A stretch of 64,000 nucleotides of DNA from positions 1 through 64,000 of IMG/VR virus record IMGVR_UViG_3300037470_000126; one strand, 5' to 3'. Under the pieces are notes generated by a model. The model was given only the letters and a program-made list of their open reading frames with translations, made no database searches and was not told where the DNA came from. The DNA is from a virus (Duplodnaviria > Caudoviricetes). The translations under genes and the position numbers were made by a program. Shown in pieces: positions 1-7,235 of the stretch. Numbering within the stretch: the stretch's first letter is position 1; each line of letters opens with the position of its first letter.

Positions 1-387
1 GCCGGCCTTGGAGTTGTAGTCGCGGACGCTCTCGGCCCGGGTGTTCTTCGTAGCCGTGATGGTCTGCCGGAGCTTGGCCTTGCGGTCGTCGGCTGTCTCG
101 TCGGCCTCCAGCTCTTCCTCCAGGTTCCGGATGCTGTCCTCGTCGGACTGCACGGAAGAGCACAGGTCGTAGAAGGATTCGTATGACCCGATCCTCCATG
201 CCGCATCGGCCTTGGTCTGCTCCTTGACCTTGACATCCCCGCGCCAGTCAGCCGTCCACTTCTGGATCGTGCCAGTGGCGAACATGGTGATGGTGGCCAG
301 AACCAGGACGGACAAGATGCCCAGAACAGCCATGCCCATCGTGGTTCCGTACCACTTAGCACCCTCGCGGACCTCGCTACGCTTCAT
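1..387 (-). CDS. Membrane-anchored hypothetical protein, running off the left edge
   Basis: ATG at 387 after GAGGAG. Reads MKRSEVREGAKWYGTTMGMAVLGILSVLVLATITMF (one TM segment) then a charged coiled-coil; open to base 1. Not in the ORF track. Confidence 0.8.
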   Translation of the reverse strand, partial: MKRSEVREGAKWYGTTMGMAVLGILSVLVLATITMFATGTIQKWTADWRGDVKVKEQTKADAAWRIGSYESFYDLCSSVQSDEDSIRNLEEELEADETADDRKAKLRQTITATKNTRAESVRDYNSKAG

Positions 388-395
388 TACGCTCC

Positions 396-494
396 TCACT
401 TATTGCGGAGGAGGTCCCAGACGCCACACACGAACAGGATGCCCCAGAAGCCTCCGAACAATGCTGCCGGCAGCCAGTCGGGAATGGACCACAT
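396..494 (-). CDS. 32-aa hydrophobic peptide
   Basis: Strong RBS GAGGAGGT. MWSIPDWLPAALFGGFWGILFVCGVWDLLRNK*; the stop overlaps the RBS region of the next gene. Confidence 0.65.
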   Translation of the reverse strand: MWSIPDWLPAALFGGFWGILFVCGVWDLLRNK

Positions 495-531
495 ATCTGT
501 CACCTCCTCATCACTATCCCCCTTGGTGGTG

Positions 532-568
532 AGGGACCCCGGGCGGGGGGAAGTATCCCGGGGTCCCT
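532..568. terminator. Strong GC hairpin (terminator or leader structure)
   Basis: AGGGACCCCGGG (532-543) / CCCGGGGTCCCT (557-568), a perfect 12-bp inverted repeat. Confidence 0.6.
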
Positions 569-621
569 ACTGTGCCGAGCGGGAGATCATCGCGGATTCG
601 ACTCTCGCTCGGACAAGACAA

Positions 622-651
622 ACACTAGCGCCCGGACTAACGACGTGTCAA
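622..651 (-). promoter_or_regulatory. sigma70/HrdB-type promoter
   Basis: TTGACA-N18-TAGTGT on the minus strand. Confidence 0.75.
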
Positions 652-674
652 CCCACGCTCCTAATTGTTTGCCA

Positions 675-866
675 CTACCTCTTCCTTCGGCTCCGCTTCC
701 TACCACGAGAACGATGGCCGACGTGGTACTTATCGCACCAGGGGCACCTGTATACCTCCAGCAGAACGTTACCCTTGCGGATTAAGTTATGCATGTGGGC
801 CTGTGCCTGGGCTCTCGTATCGTGCCCCTGTTTACCCTCGCACGCCCTATCTCGTGACCTTCTCAT
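675..866 (-). CDS. Small basic Zn-binding phage protein (Y-x-C-x2-C-x2-Y-H)
   Basis: RBS GGAGGTG before the ATG at 866; VYRCPWCDKYHVGH motif. Confidence 0.7.
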   Translation of the reverse strand: MRRSRDRACEGKQGHDTRAQAQAHMHNLIRKGNVLLEVYRCPWCDKYHVGHRSRGRKRSRRKR

Positions 867-901
867 ATCACCTCCACCCTCCCCGTGCTTGTGCCGGCTA
901 T

Positions 902-988
902 CTACCACACCCAACGTGTGTGCTCACATCCAGGCTCTCCATGCCGATGTCCTCGACCACAGAGGAAGTGGACGAGGACATCTCTCAT
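902..988 (-). CDS. Possible 28-aa peptide
   Basis: MRDVLVHFLCGRGHRHGEPGCEHTRWVW* fills the gap between neighbours; GAGGGG upstream. Confidence 0.35.
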   Translation of the reverse strand: MRDVLVHFLCGRGHRHGEPGCEHTRWVW

Positions 989-994
989 GGCTTT

Positions 995-1390
995 TTACCC
1001 CTCGCGGAATCCCATGTCCTCCATGGCCCCGCTCCACCCACGCTCAGGTGTGAACTTCACGGCCCTGTCATCGAGGTACACACGGACCGCCGGCTTGCGG
1101 TTCGTCACGAGGACGCGCCCCTTCTCGTTCCAGAAGGCACTCCCATGCTCCTCTGCGGGCCTCTCACGGTCCCACTGAGCCTGCGTGATGCACTCCACGC
1201 CCCAGTGCGTCAGAGAATCACACACGGCGTCTAGGTCAGTCCTGGCGGTGAAGACTACGACAGCCTCCACCTCCTGGATCTCCTTGATCGCCCCGATGGC
1301 GCCGGGCATGGGCGGGTCGTAGATCTCTCCCCCACACCAGCCCCGGCTGTACTTGTGGATCACGCCATCAAAGTCAATGGCCACTGTCAT
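995..1390 (-). CDS. HAD-superfamily phosphatase (nucleotidase / PNK-phosphatase-like)
   Basis: N-terminal IDFDGV, then FTAR and YLDDRA, corresponding to HAD motifs I, II and IV. Confidence 0.85.
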   Translation of the reverse strand: MTVAIDFDGVIHKYSRGWCGGEIYDPPMPGAIGAIKEIQEVEAVVVFTARTDLDAVCDSLTHWGVECITQAQWDRERPAEEHGSAFWNEKGRVLVTNRKPAVRVYLDDRAVKFTPERGWSGAMEDMGFREG

Positions 1391-1692
1391 GATCGCTCCT
1401 CGTTCCGAACCAGCTTCATTTCACGCGGGATGGTGTGCATGGTGACCCACTCCATGATCTTCGCCTGGAAGTCAAGGATGCTTGTGGAGATCTCGATCCG
1501 ACCGTCCTCGTGGTCCAGCCAGATCTCGGGGAGCTCCTCGGGCAGGCCGCCGAACTCACGGAGCACGTACGCCTCCAGCTCGGCACGATCACCCAGGACG
1601 GACAACATCTCGCCCTTGGCCTGTACTTCGTACGGGTCGAACTCCAGGAACAGTGACCACCGCTCCCGCTCGAACCTCTCGCCCTCAGCCAC
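1387..1692 (-). CDS. Hypothetical protein
   Basis: GTG at 1692 overlaps the upstream stop; the stop overlaps the HAD start (ATGA coupling). Confidence 0.6.
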   Translation of the reverse strand: MAEGERFERERWSLFLEFDPYEVQAKGEMLSVLGDRAELEAYVLREFGGLPEELPEIWLDHEDGRIEISTSILDFQAKIMEWVTMHTIPREMKLVRNEERS

Positions 1693-2287
1693 TGTCCGAC
1701 TCCATCTCTGTGATCTCCTGGCCCGTTGCTTCTGTCGTCTCCGACTGTAGCACAACACGAGCCACGACACTTCCGCATGTGGGACATGCGTGTCCCGCCG
1801 GCAACTCGATCGGGACGGACGGAATCCCCTTGACGAACTCAGGTGCGGCGGGCGTCTCCCACCATGACTCACGTGCCACACCAGCCTGCCAGGCGAGAGC
1901 CGTGAGGTGTGCCCTGTTGACCGCTCCCCACTTCTTGAGCAGACGAGCCACGTACGTTTTGATGGTGTCCTCGGTGAGGAACAGACGACGCCCGATGTAC
2001 GCGTTATCCCACCCATGGACAACCGACTGCAACACCTCCAGCTCACGGTTCGTCATCTTCGGCACGTCGGCCTCGGTCTTCTCCTTGGACAGGCCCTGGA
2101 GATAGCCGTTCCTGTAGCCCCACGAGACAACAGCCGCACGGTTCGGGCTCTTACCGGCACGGGTTAGAACGCGGTGGACGTGAGTCTTGACCGCCATCTC
2201 CGACAGACCCAGGTCTGTGGCGAGCTCCTTATTGGACTTGCCTCGGGTAATGCCGGCAAGAACCTGTACTTCCCTCGGACTGAACAC
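1685..2287 (-). CDS. Tandem LuxR/GerE-type HTH transcription regulator with a C-terminal CxxC
   Basis: Two repeats, FSPREVQVL..ITRGKSNKELATDLGLSEMAVKTHV and MTNRELEVL..VVHGWDNAYIGRRLFLTEDTIKTYV, followed by HACPTCG. GTG start after TAGGAG. Confidence 0.9.
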   Translation of the reverse strand: MFSPREVQVLAGITRGKSNKELATDLGLSEMAVKTHVHRVLTRAGKSPNRAAVVSWGYRNGYLQGLSKEKTEADVPKMTNRELEVLQSVVHGWDNAYIGRRLFLTEDTIKTYVARLLKKWGAVNRAHLTALAWQAGVARESWWETPAAPEFVKGIPSVPIELPAGHACPTCGSVVARVVLQSETTEATGQEITEMESDSG

Positions 2288-2298
2288 TGCACCGACTC

Positions 2299-2706
2299 CT
2301 AACAGATGACCTTGTTCCGTTCGGACTGCATGAGCGCCTTGCCTTCTGGCTCGATCCAGCAACGGATCTCGCACGTCCCACAGTTGAGATAGCCGCGGCC
2401 GTTGTCTCGGCGGAATGCAGCCAGCACAACCTTCCACGGGTACGTCTCACATAGTACCTCGTACGCCCGCCACGAGTATACCTGGACGCACGCAAGGAGC
2501 ATCGGCGTACTGATGTCAGAGCGCTTGTACGGGCGTCTGTAAGACACGCCAGCCTCCGCCAGTAGCTTCATGCGGCGCCGACTCTTCAAGGCGTTCAGCT
2601 GGTCCCTGACGTCCTTCTGAGACGAGTCTGAGGCCAGCCGCTCCTTGAGGTAGTACACCTCGTCCATGGTCTCACCAGTCTCAGGGTGTACCCGGTACAG
2701 CTTCAT
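2299..2706 (-). CDS. Hypothetical protein
   Basis: ORF coupled to both neighbours; C-terminal YPWKVVLAAF..RGYLNCGTC. Confidence 0.65.
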   Translation of the reverse strand: MKLYRVHPETGETMDEVYYLKERLASDSSQKDVRDQLNALKSRRRMKLLAEAGVSYRRPYKRSDISTPMLLACVQVYSWRAYEVLCETYPWKVVLAAFRRDNGRGYLNCGTCEIRCWIEPEGKALMQSERNKVIC

Positions 2707-2927
2707 GCCACCGCCTCACAGCCTGTGCCATCGAACCCTTCAACCCACTTCACTCGCTTGCCGGTCTTGCCCCTCTTGACCGTGTTGGTCAGATGCCATG
2801 CCTTGCAATCCTGGCTGTAGTACCAGGACAGCGTGGCGTCTCCGCTCAGCGCGGCCTTAACACAGGCTAGCTGTGCCGTCGTCTCGGCCGTATACATGAC
2901 CTTTCCACATGGCGCATTGCAGCGCAT
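2703..2927 (-). CDS. Small Zn-binding phage protein, distant paralog of 675-866
   Basis: CNAPCGKVMY...WYYSQDCKAWHLT; ATGA overlap with the next gene. Confidence 0.7.
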   Translation of the reverse strand: MRCNAPCGKVMYTAETTAQLACVKAALSGDATLSWYYSQDCKAWHLTNTVKRGKTGKRVKWVEGFDGTGCEAVA

Positions 2928-2965
2928 GGTCCTACACCTACCTCTCGTGTTCTCATCCTAACGCG

Positions 2966-3006
2966 GGGGACAGCCCCTGACCTCTTACCCGCCTGAGACT
3001 GTCCCC
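2966..3006 (-). terminator. Hairpin / probable terminator
   Basis: GGGGACAG ... CTGTCCCC inverted repeat in an intergenic gap. Confidence 0.45.
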
Positions 3007-3029
3007 TGTTACCCTCGTCCCCGTCTCGC

Positions 3030-3131
3030 TTACATAGGGTCGAGGTTCTCCGCGTTCTCCCGAGACTCTTCCTCACCAGAGGGCTCCTCGGGCAGCTCCT
3101 CATCACTGCCTGATCCTACGCCTATACCCAC
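3030..3131 (-). CDS. 33-aa acidic peptide
   Basis: GAGGAGGT RBS then GTG; MGIGVGSGSDEELPEEPSGEEESRENAENLDPM*; directly downstream of a promoter. Confidence 0.55.
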   Translation of the reverse strand: MGIGVGSGSDEELPEEPSGEEESRENAENLDPM

Positions 3132-3161
3132 GCGGTTACCTCCTCTCTTCACTCACTCATC

Positions 3162-3190
3162 ACATTAGCACCCGCAAGCACTCACGACAA
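3162..3190 (-). promoter_or_regulatory. sigma70-type promoter
   Basis: TTGTCG-N17-TAATGT. Confidence 0.6.
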
Positions 3191-3739
3191 GAGGCGGAGG
3201 GCAAGACGTGCCCCATTCTCTGCCGCCTCATACCGCATCATGGCCTCAGGCGTGCCCTTGAACACGCCCACCCTGTATGAGGGCGCGGCCTGGATCATGC
3301 CATAGCGGTTGGTGAAGTGAGCCGGGTTATGAGTGGAGTACGGACGCCCATCGCTCTGGACGTACTCCTTCATGGACACGTACTGTGCACGGAGAGCCCA
3401 CATGTCCGCATGACGGGCAGGCCTACCTTCCAGCGCGTAGTGTTCCAGCATGACCCGTGTCTTAGCCTGCCCGCGAGTCTCCCTCTGCCGGCACGGGCTC
3501 TCATCACCGTACCGCGCACACGAGGCACAATCACCGTCCCCGTCCGTATCATTCACGCACACGGTACGGCGGGACTCCTCGAACACGTCAGGGGCACCGT
3601 ACGGGCTCTCATACACCTTGTCCAGCAGAGACACCAGGTCCTCGTATGTCAAGGGCCTGTCATTCCCAGGTACCTTGTGCGGTATCAGCTCCTTAGGTAC
3701 TTCTGTCATGGCCAGCAGGGCCTCAAAGTCCATGTCCAT
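3182..3739 (-). CDS. Hypothetical protein with an internal Cys cluster
   Basis: RBS GGGAG; 185 aa; C-x9-C-x2-C-x8-C region. Confidence 0.7.
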   Translation of the reverse strand: MDMDFEALLAMTEVPKELIPHKVPGNDRPLTYEDLVSLLDKVYESPYGAPDVFEESRRTVCVNDTDGDGDCASCARYGDESPCRQRETRGQAKTRVMLEHYALEGRPARHADMWALRAQYVSMKEYVQSDGRPYSTHNPAHFTNRYGMIQAAPSYRVGVFKGTPEAMMRYEAAENGARLALRLLS

Positions 3740-4076
3740 GCCTGCGCTCCCATTCCCTCATGTCTCGGATCCGCTCTTGCTTCTCACGACGCCAGCCCCA
3801 GGACGTCTGTCCCGGAGGCGGCATCATCACTTCCTGGGTGACCTCTATCCCCACACCCGCGTACTCAGTGCCGCACACTGCACATCTCGTGCCTGTGCCT
3901 TCCCCGTACATGCCATCTCGACAGCCACACGCACACCAGCGACTCTCAGTACAGGTGGTGTGGCACGTGTGCTTCCTAAGCCTTCTGTCTTCAAGCCAGC
4001 GCTGGATCTGATCACCCCTCGTGGCCAGTACCCCGAACAGTACCAGCACGATACCGCCCACGATCATTCCGCCCAT
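3723..4076 (-). CDS. Membrane-anchored Cys-rich hypothetical protein
   Basis: N-terminal TM (MGGMIVGGIVLVLFGVLA) followed by multiple CxC/CxxC. Confidence 0.65.
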   Translation of the reverse strand: MGGMIVGGIVLVLFGVLATRGDQIQRWLEDRRLRKHTCHTTCTESRWCACGCRDGMYGEGTGTRCAVCGTEYAGVGIEVTQEVMMPPPGQTSWGWRREKQERIRDMREWERRHGHGL

Positions 4077-4145
4077 CACGCCCTCTTTCCTCCTTCCCTC
4101 TTTACCACGTACCCACACCCCGAGATGATACAGGCCAGCACGTAC

Positions 4146-4487
4146 CTACCGCTGATCCACGTCCAGATCAGGCAGTGGCGGTTCTCCTTGCACATCCTGG
4201 ACTCCTTTGTCCTCGATGTGTCGAGTATTCCCCGTCCGGCGCACAGAGTCAAGCGCTACGAGGATGTATGTGTGCGTCCACTCGAATGCAGCAATCCGCA
4301 CATTGTCCATAGCCGTGATCACGAAGGCTGCTACCCAGACCACAGCCAGCAGACAGCCAATCACCCTGTGTCCATACGAGAATGCCAGCATAGCACCCCA
4401 CGTGCACGCGAACACCACAGACAGGTGCAGCACGAACACCCAGATGGGCGTAGGCTTACCTCGTCGGCTCACACCTGGACCTCTCAT
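4146..4487 (-). CDS. Membrane protein (2 TM)
   Basis: Two hydrophobic stretches, IWVFVLHLSVVFACTWGAML and VIGCLLAVVWVAAFVI. Confidence 0.65.
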   Translation of the reverse strand: MRGPGVSRRGKPTPIWVFVLHLSVVFACTWGAMLAFSYGHRVIGCLLAVVWVAAFVITAMDNVRIAAFEWTHTYILVALDSVRRTGNTRHIEDKGVQDVQGEPPLPDLDVDQR

Positions 4488-4518
4488 GTTCCACACCTGC
4501 CTGACTCGTTGTGCCCGC

Positions 4519-4695
4519 TCATGCTCGGATCCACCTCCACTCGCGTCCCTCGACAACGAACGCGCCTCCGTGACAGCGGCCGATGCCCTTGACCGTCTTG
4601 TGGTCCGTGGTCCCGCACTTCTCGCAGTACATGACCTTACCGGCTCTCGGATCCTTCTTCTTCCGCTTGCCTCGTGCCGTCCCGCTCTTTGCCAT
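4519..4695 (-). CDS. 58-aa basic Zn-ribbon protein
   Basis: AAGGAG RBS; MAKSGTARGKRKKKDPRAGKVMYCEKCGTTDH...RCH; absent from the ORF track. Confidence 0.7.
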   Translation of the reverse strand: MAKSGTARGKRKKKDPRAGKVMYCEKCGTTDHKTVKGIGRCHGGAFVVEGREWRWIRA

Positions 4696-4704
4696 CCCGG
4701 CTCC

Positions 4705-5034
4705 TTACCTCTGTGCCTCTGCCATGAGCCTAAGCCAGGCCTCATAGCGGTAGGCGGTACGTTCACTGATACTGAGGACAGTACACGCTCTCTTGCGGCT
4801 AAGCGAACCTGGGCCCTGACGCATTGCCTCATATTCCCGCGCACGATCCATGGCGAACTCTCGCTCCAGCTCATACACGGCCCGCTTTCTGAGCTTAGGC
4901 CATCTCTCCAGTTGGCCTGACCCCCTCCTCTTCACGTAGCGGTAATAGCACGTGGCCCTAAGACCACGAGCCATGATCCCGCCCCATACGCCACAGCAGA
5001 CACACGGAGCGGGCGGGCCTACTCTGCTGGGCAT
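4705..5034 (-). CDS. HTH DNA-binding protein with N-terminal Cys motif
   Basis: CVCCG...CYYR at the N-terminus; SRKRACTVLSISERTAYRY is HTH-like. Confidence 0.65.
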   Translation of the reverse strand: MPSRVGPPAPCVCCGVWGGIMARGLRATCYYRYVKRRGSGQLERWPKLRKRAVYELEREFAMDRAREYEAMRQGPGSLSRKRACTVLSISERTAYRYEAWLRLMAEAQR

Positions 5035-5143
5035 GATCAAAAGCTCCTGACGGCTGTACGGCGAGATCGGTAAGCGAGAGTGAGAGTACACGCGCACTGC
5101 ACACTCACAGAGCCTCAGGCATGCGTACAGCGCTCCTAACACG

Positions 5144-5371
5144 TCAGGATGAGCGAGACACGCGCTCTTGTCGTCGTGAGTTCGCTACGCGCTGTCCATG
5201 TCGCTCTGTCAGCCAGTCTCTTGCCTCTTCCCACGTCTCAAATATGCGCCAGGTACCGTAGGGTACACGGGCTTTCCAGCACCCTCCACAGCCGAGAAGC
5301 TGGTACCTCTTGAGGCGAGCGTGGCCCGACTGTGAGGCGAATGATCCTCGTGTTCCTATGGCCTTGGACAT
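5144..5371 (-). CDS. Hypothetical protein
   Basis: ATG after GAGAGGG; first gene of the leftward arm. Confidence 0.55.
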   Translation of the reverse strand: MSKAIGTRGSFASQSGHARLKRYQLLGCGGCWKARVPYGTWRIFETWEEARDWLTERHGQRVANSRRQERVSRSS

Positions 5372-5598
5372 GGTTCCCTCTCGTGTGCGTATGTAGTGGC
5401 TTCGGCTGTAGCAGTGCCGATCTGGCGGCAAGGGCTATTGAATTGGCCGCCTAACTTAGGACCCATAGCATGGGCGACTATGTGGGACCCAATAGCCCGA
5501 CTCAAGATTTGTTAGCTTCTAGATCAGAGCCTTACTCTCCGTAATCATATCCCAGAATCCATGTTCACCAGAAACCCGATGCAGCGTCATTGCCAGCG

Positions 5599-5642
5599 AC
5601 ACACCCTCTACGCTCACTCCTTCGGAGTGCGTAGAGGTGTGT
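5599..5642. other. Long hairpin with a CUUCGG tetraloop
   Basis: ACACACCCTCTACGCTCACTC-CTTCGG-AGTGCGTAGAGGTGTGT. Confidence 0.65.
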
Positions 5643-5666
5643 ACGCATGACGCATACGCGCGTAGG

Positions 5667-5963
5667 CAGAACTTGATCAGAACTCTCGGAACTTCTCAAA
5701 GCCACTAAAGGCCTGACCTGCGGTTTTACCGCAGAACTTTGCCGGAACTTTACCTCAGAACTTGCTCAGAACTCTTAGAACTCGTGTCCCATACGGGACC
5801 CGTCTTAGCTAGCCCCCAAACTACCGCAGAACCCTCAAGATCCCCAAATTCACCCAGAACTCCTAGAACTCCCAGAACACCGATCACGAGGGGAACACAG
5901 CACCCGGATATATCAACCTATTCTCCCCTAAATTCACCCAGAACGGGACGGAACACCTAGAAC
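5667..5963 (+). repeat. Phased RGAAC short-repeat tract (candidate origin / protein-binding array)
   Basis: About 16 AGAAC/GGAAC copies, mostly 9-13 bp apart; a 15-bp direct repeat AAATTCACCCAGAAC at 5846 and 5930. Confidence 0.7.
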
Positions 5964-6077
5964 ACTCTTTTTGCCGGCACACAAAATCCACGTTCTCTGG
6001 TATGCCCCCGTGGGCTATTTGCACCATGCTATGCCTAAGAGCCGCTGTCACCCGCCTACTGGCACAAAACTCATCAC

Positions 6078-6107
6078 TTGTCAAGCGGCATAGCATCATG
6101 TTACGAT
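6078..6107 (+). promoter_or_regulatory. Promoter of the rightward replication operon
   Basis: TTGTCA-N18-TACGAT upstream of the gene at 6152. Confidence 0.55.
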
Positions 6108-6151
6108 GACATGGCTAACTGTCACTGAGAGTGAGGAAGGGAAGCCATCAC

Positions 6152-6619
6152 ATGGCAGAGGTACTAACCCACTGGCCGGAGCTGCGTAAGAAGCGACCTG
6201 CCGCGTTCACTTACCCCTGGGCCCAGTGGATCGACCTGGATGAAAACGGCCACGGCGATATCTGGCTAGCGGAACAGGGGATCGACTTCCCCGAGACTTC
6301 CAGCGCGGTTCGATTCCGTGCCGCTCTGTACGACCGAGCACAGGTCCTCACGCGCCAGCGAAAGAAGAAGGCGCCTCTGGTCGTCAAACGTGTCCGAGTC
6401 AAGTCCACCGGCGAGGAGAAAGTCCGACGTGTCCCGGACTTCACCACCCTCAAGGTCAAGGTCAAGATGATCTCGGACAGCCAGGTCGCGTTCCAGTTCT
6501 ACGAGGGTGACGAGCCACCGCCGGAGCCCCCTGTCCAGCGGGTAGCCATTCCCCGTCGCAAACCTGTCCACCGCGCCGTCACCCGCCGCACCATTGAAAA
6601 GAAACTGGTCTCCGTATAA
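6152..6619 (+). CDS. Hypothetical basic protein (YPW-x2-W motif)
   Basis: RBS AAGGGA; FTYPWAQWIDLD..IWLAEQGIDF; phage-like codon usage. Confidence 0.75.
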   Translation: MAEVLTHWPELRKKRPAAFTYPWAQWIDLDENGHGDIWLAEQGIDFPETSSAVRFRAALYDRAQVLTRQRKKKAPLVVKRVRVKSTGEEKVRRVPDFTTLKVKVKMISDSQVAFQFYEGDEPPPEPPVQRVAIPRRKPVHRAVTRRTIEKKLVSV

Positions 6620-7152
6620 TGGCCCTCTCACAGTGGGACCGCGACTACATCGAGCATCTAATCCGACGTGAAGCGGAACAGGAGCGTAAGTTCCACGAGG
6701 AACAGGAAGAGCTATCCCGGAAGATGTTCATGGGGTGGGACCCCTTCTACTGGGACATCAGTGGGTGGCCCCACCCCCCGGGAATCCAACGCCATCACGA
6801 GATGATTGCCATCCAGTGTCCGGGATGCGGTTCTCGAATTGACTTGGACCTCAAGGGTGGAAGTTGTTACCCGGGTGGTCACACCGACCATAAGGTCAAC
6901 TGTGAGTTTTTCCGCGGAGAACAGAGGCAATGGGTAGATGACTATGCGGACCTTCGCCACGACTGTCAGCGTGGAACAACCCGCCATGGCTATTCCCGCG
7001 TGCCTCTCCTCAGGTCTCCCACACCCTCGGAGAAAACTCTTCTCCAGATCCTCACTCAAGACCCCGAGCCTAGCTCCTGCTATCAGATAGCGGTAAGAAT
7101 GCGGGACTATCAACTGGTGCGAGAGGTTATCGAAGTTCCCAGCTTTCGGTAA
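6619..7152 (+). CDS. Hypothetical protein
   Basis: TAATG overlap with the previous gene; CPGC and HxxxC motifs. Confidence 0.6.
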   Translation: MALSQWDRDYIEHLIRREAEQERKFHEEQEELSRKMFMGWDPFYWDISGWPHPPGIQRHHEMIAIQCPGCGSRIDLDLKGGSCYPGGHTDHKVNCEFFRGEQRQWVDDYADLRHDCQRGTTRHGYSRVPLLRSPTPSEKTLLQILTQDPEPSSCYQIAVRMRDYQLVREVIEVPSFR

Positions 7153-7235
7153 TCCACATTCTCCATCCAAGTCTTCACGGCTCACTCACTCGACCGCTAC
7201 TCTAACGCGGGACACGGACACGGCAAGGGGTTTCG

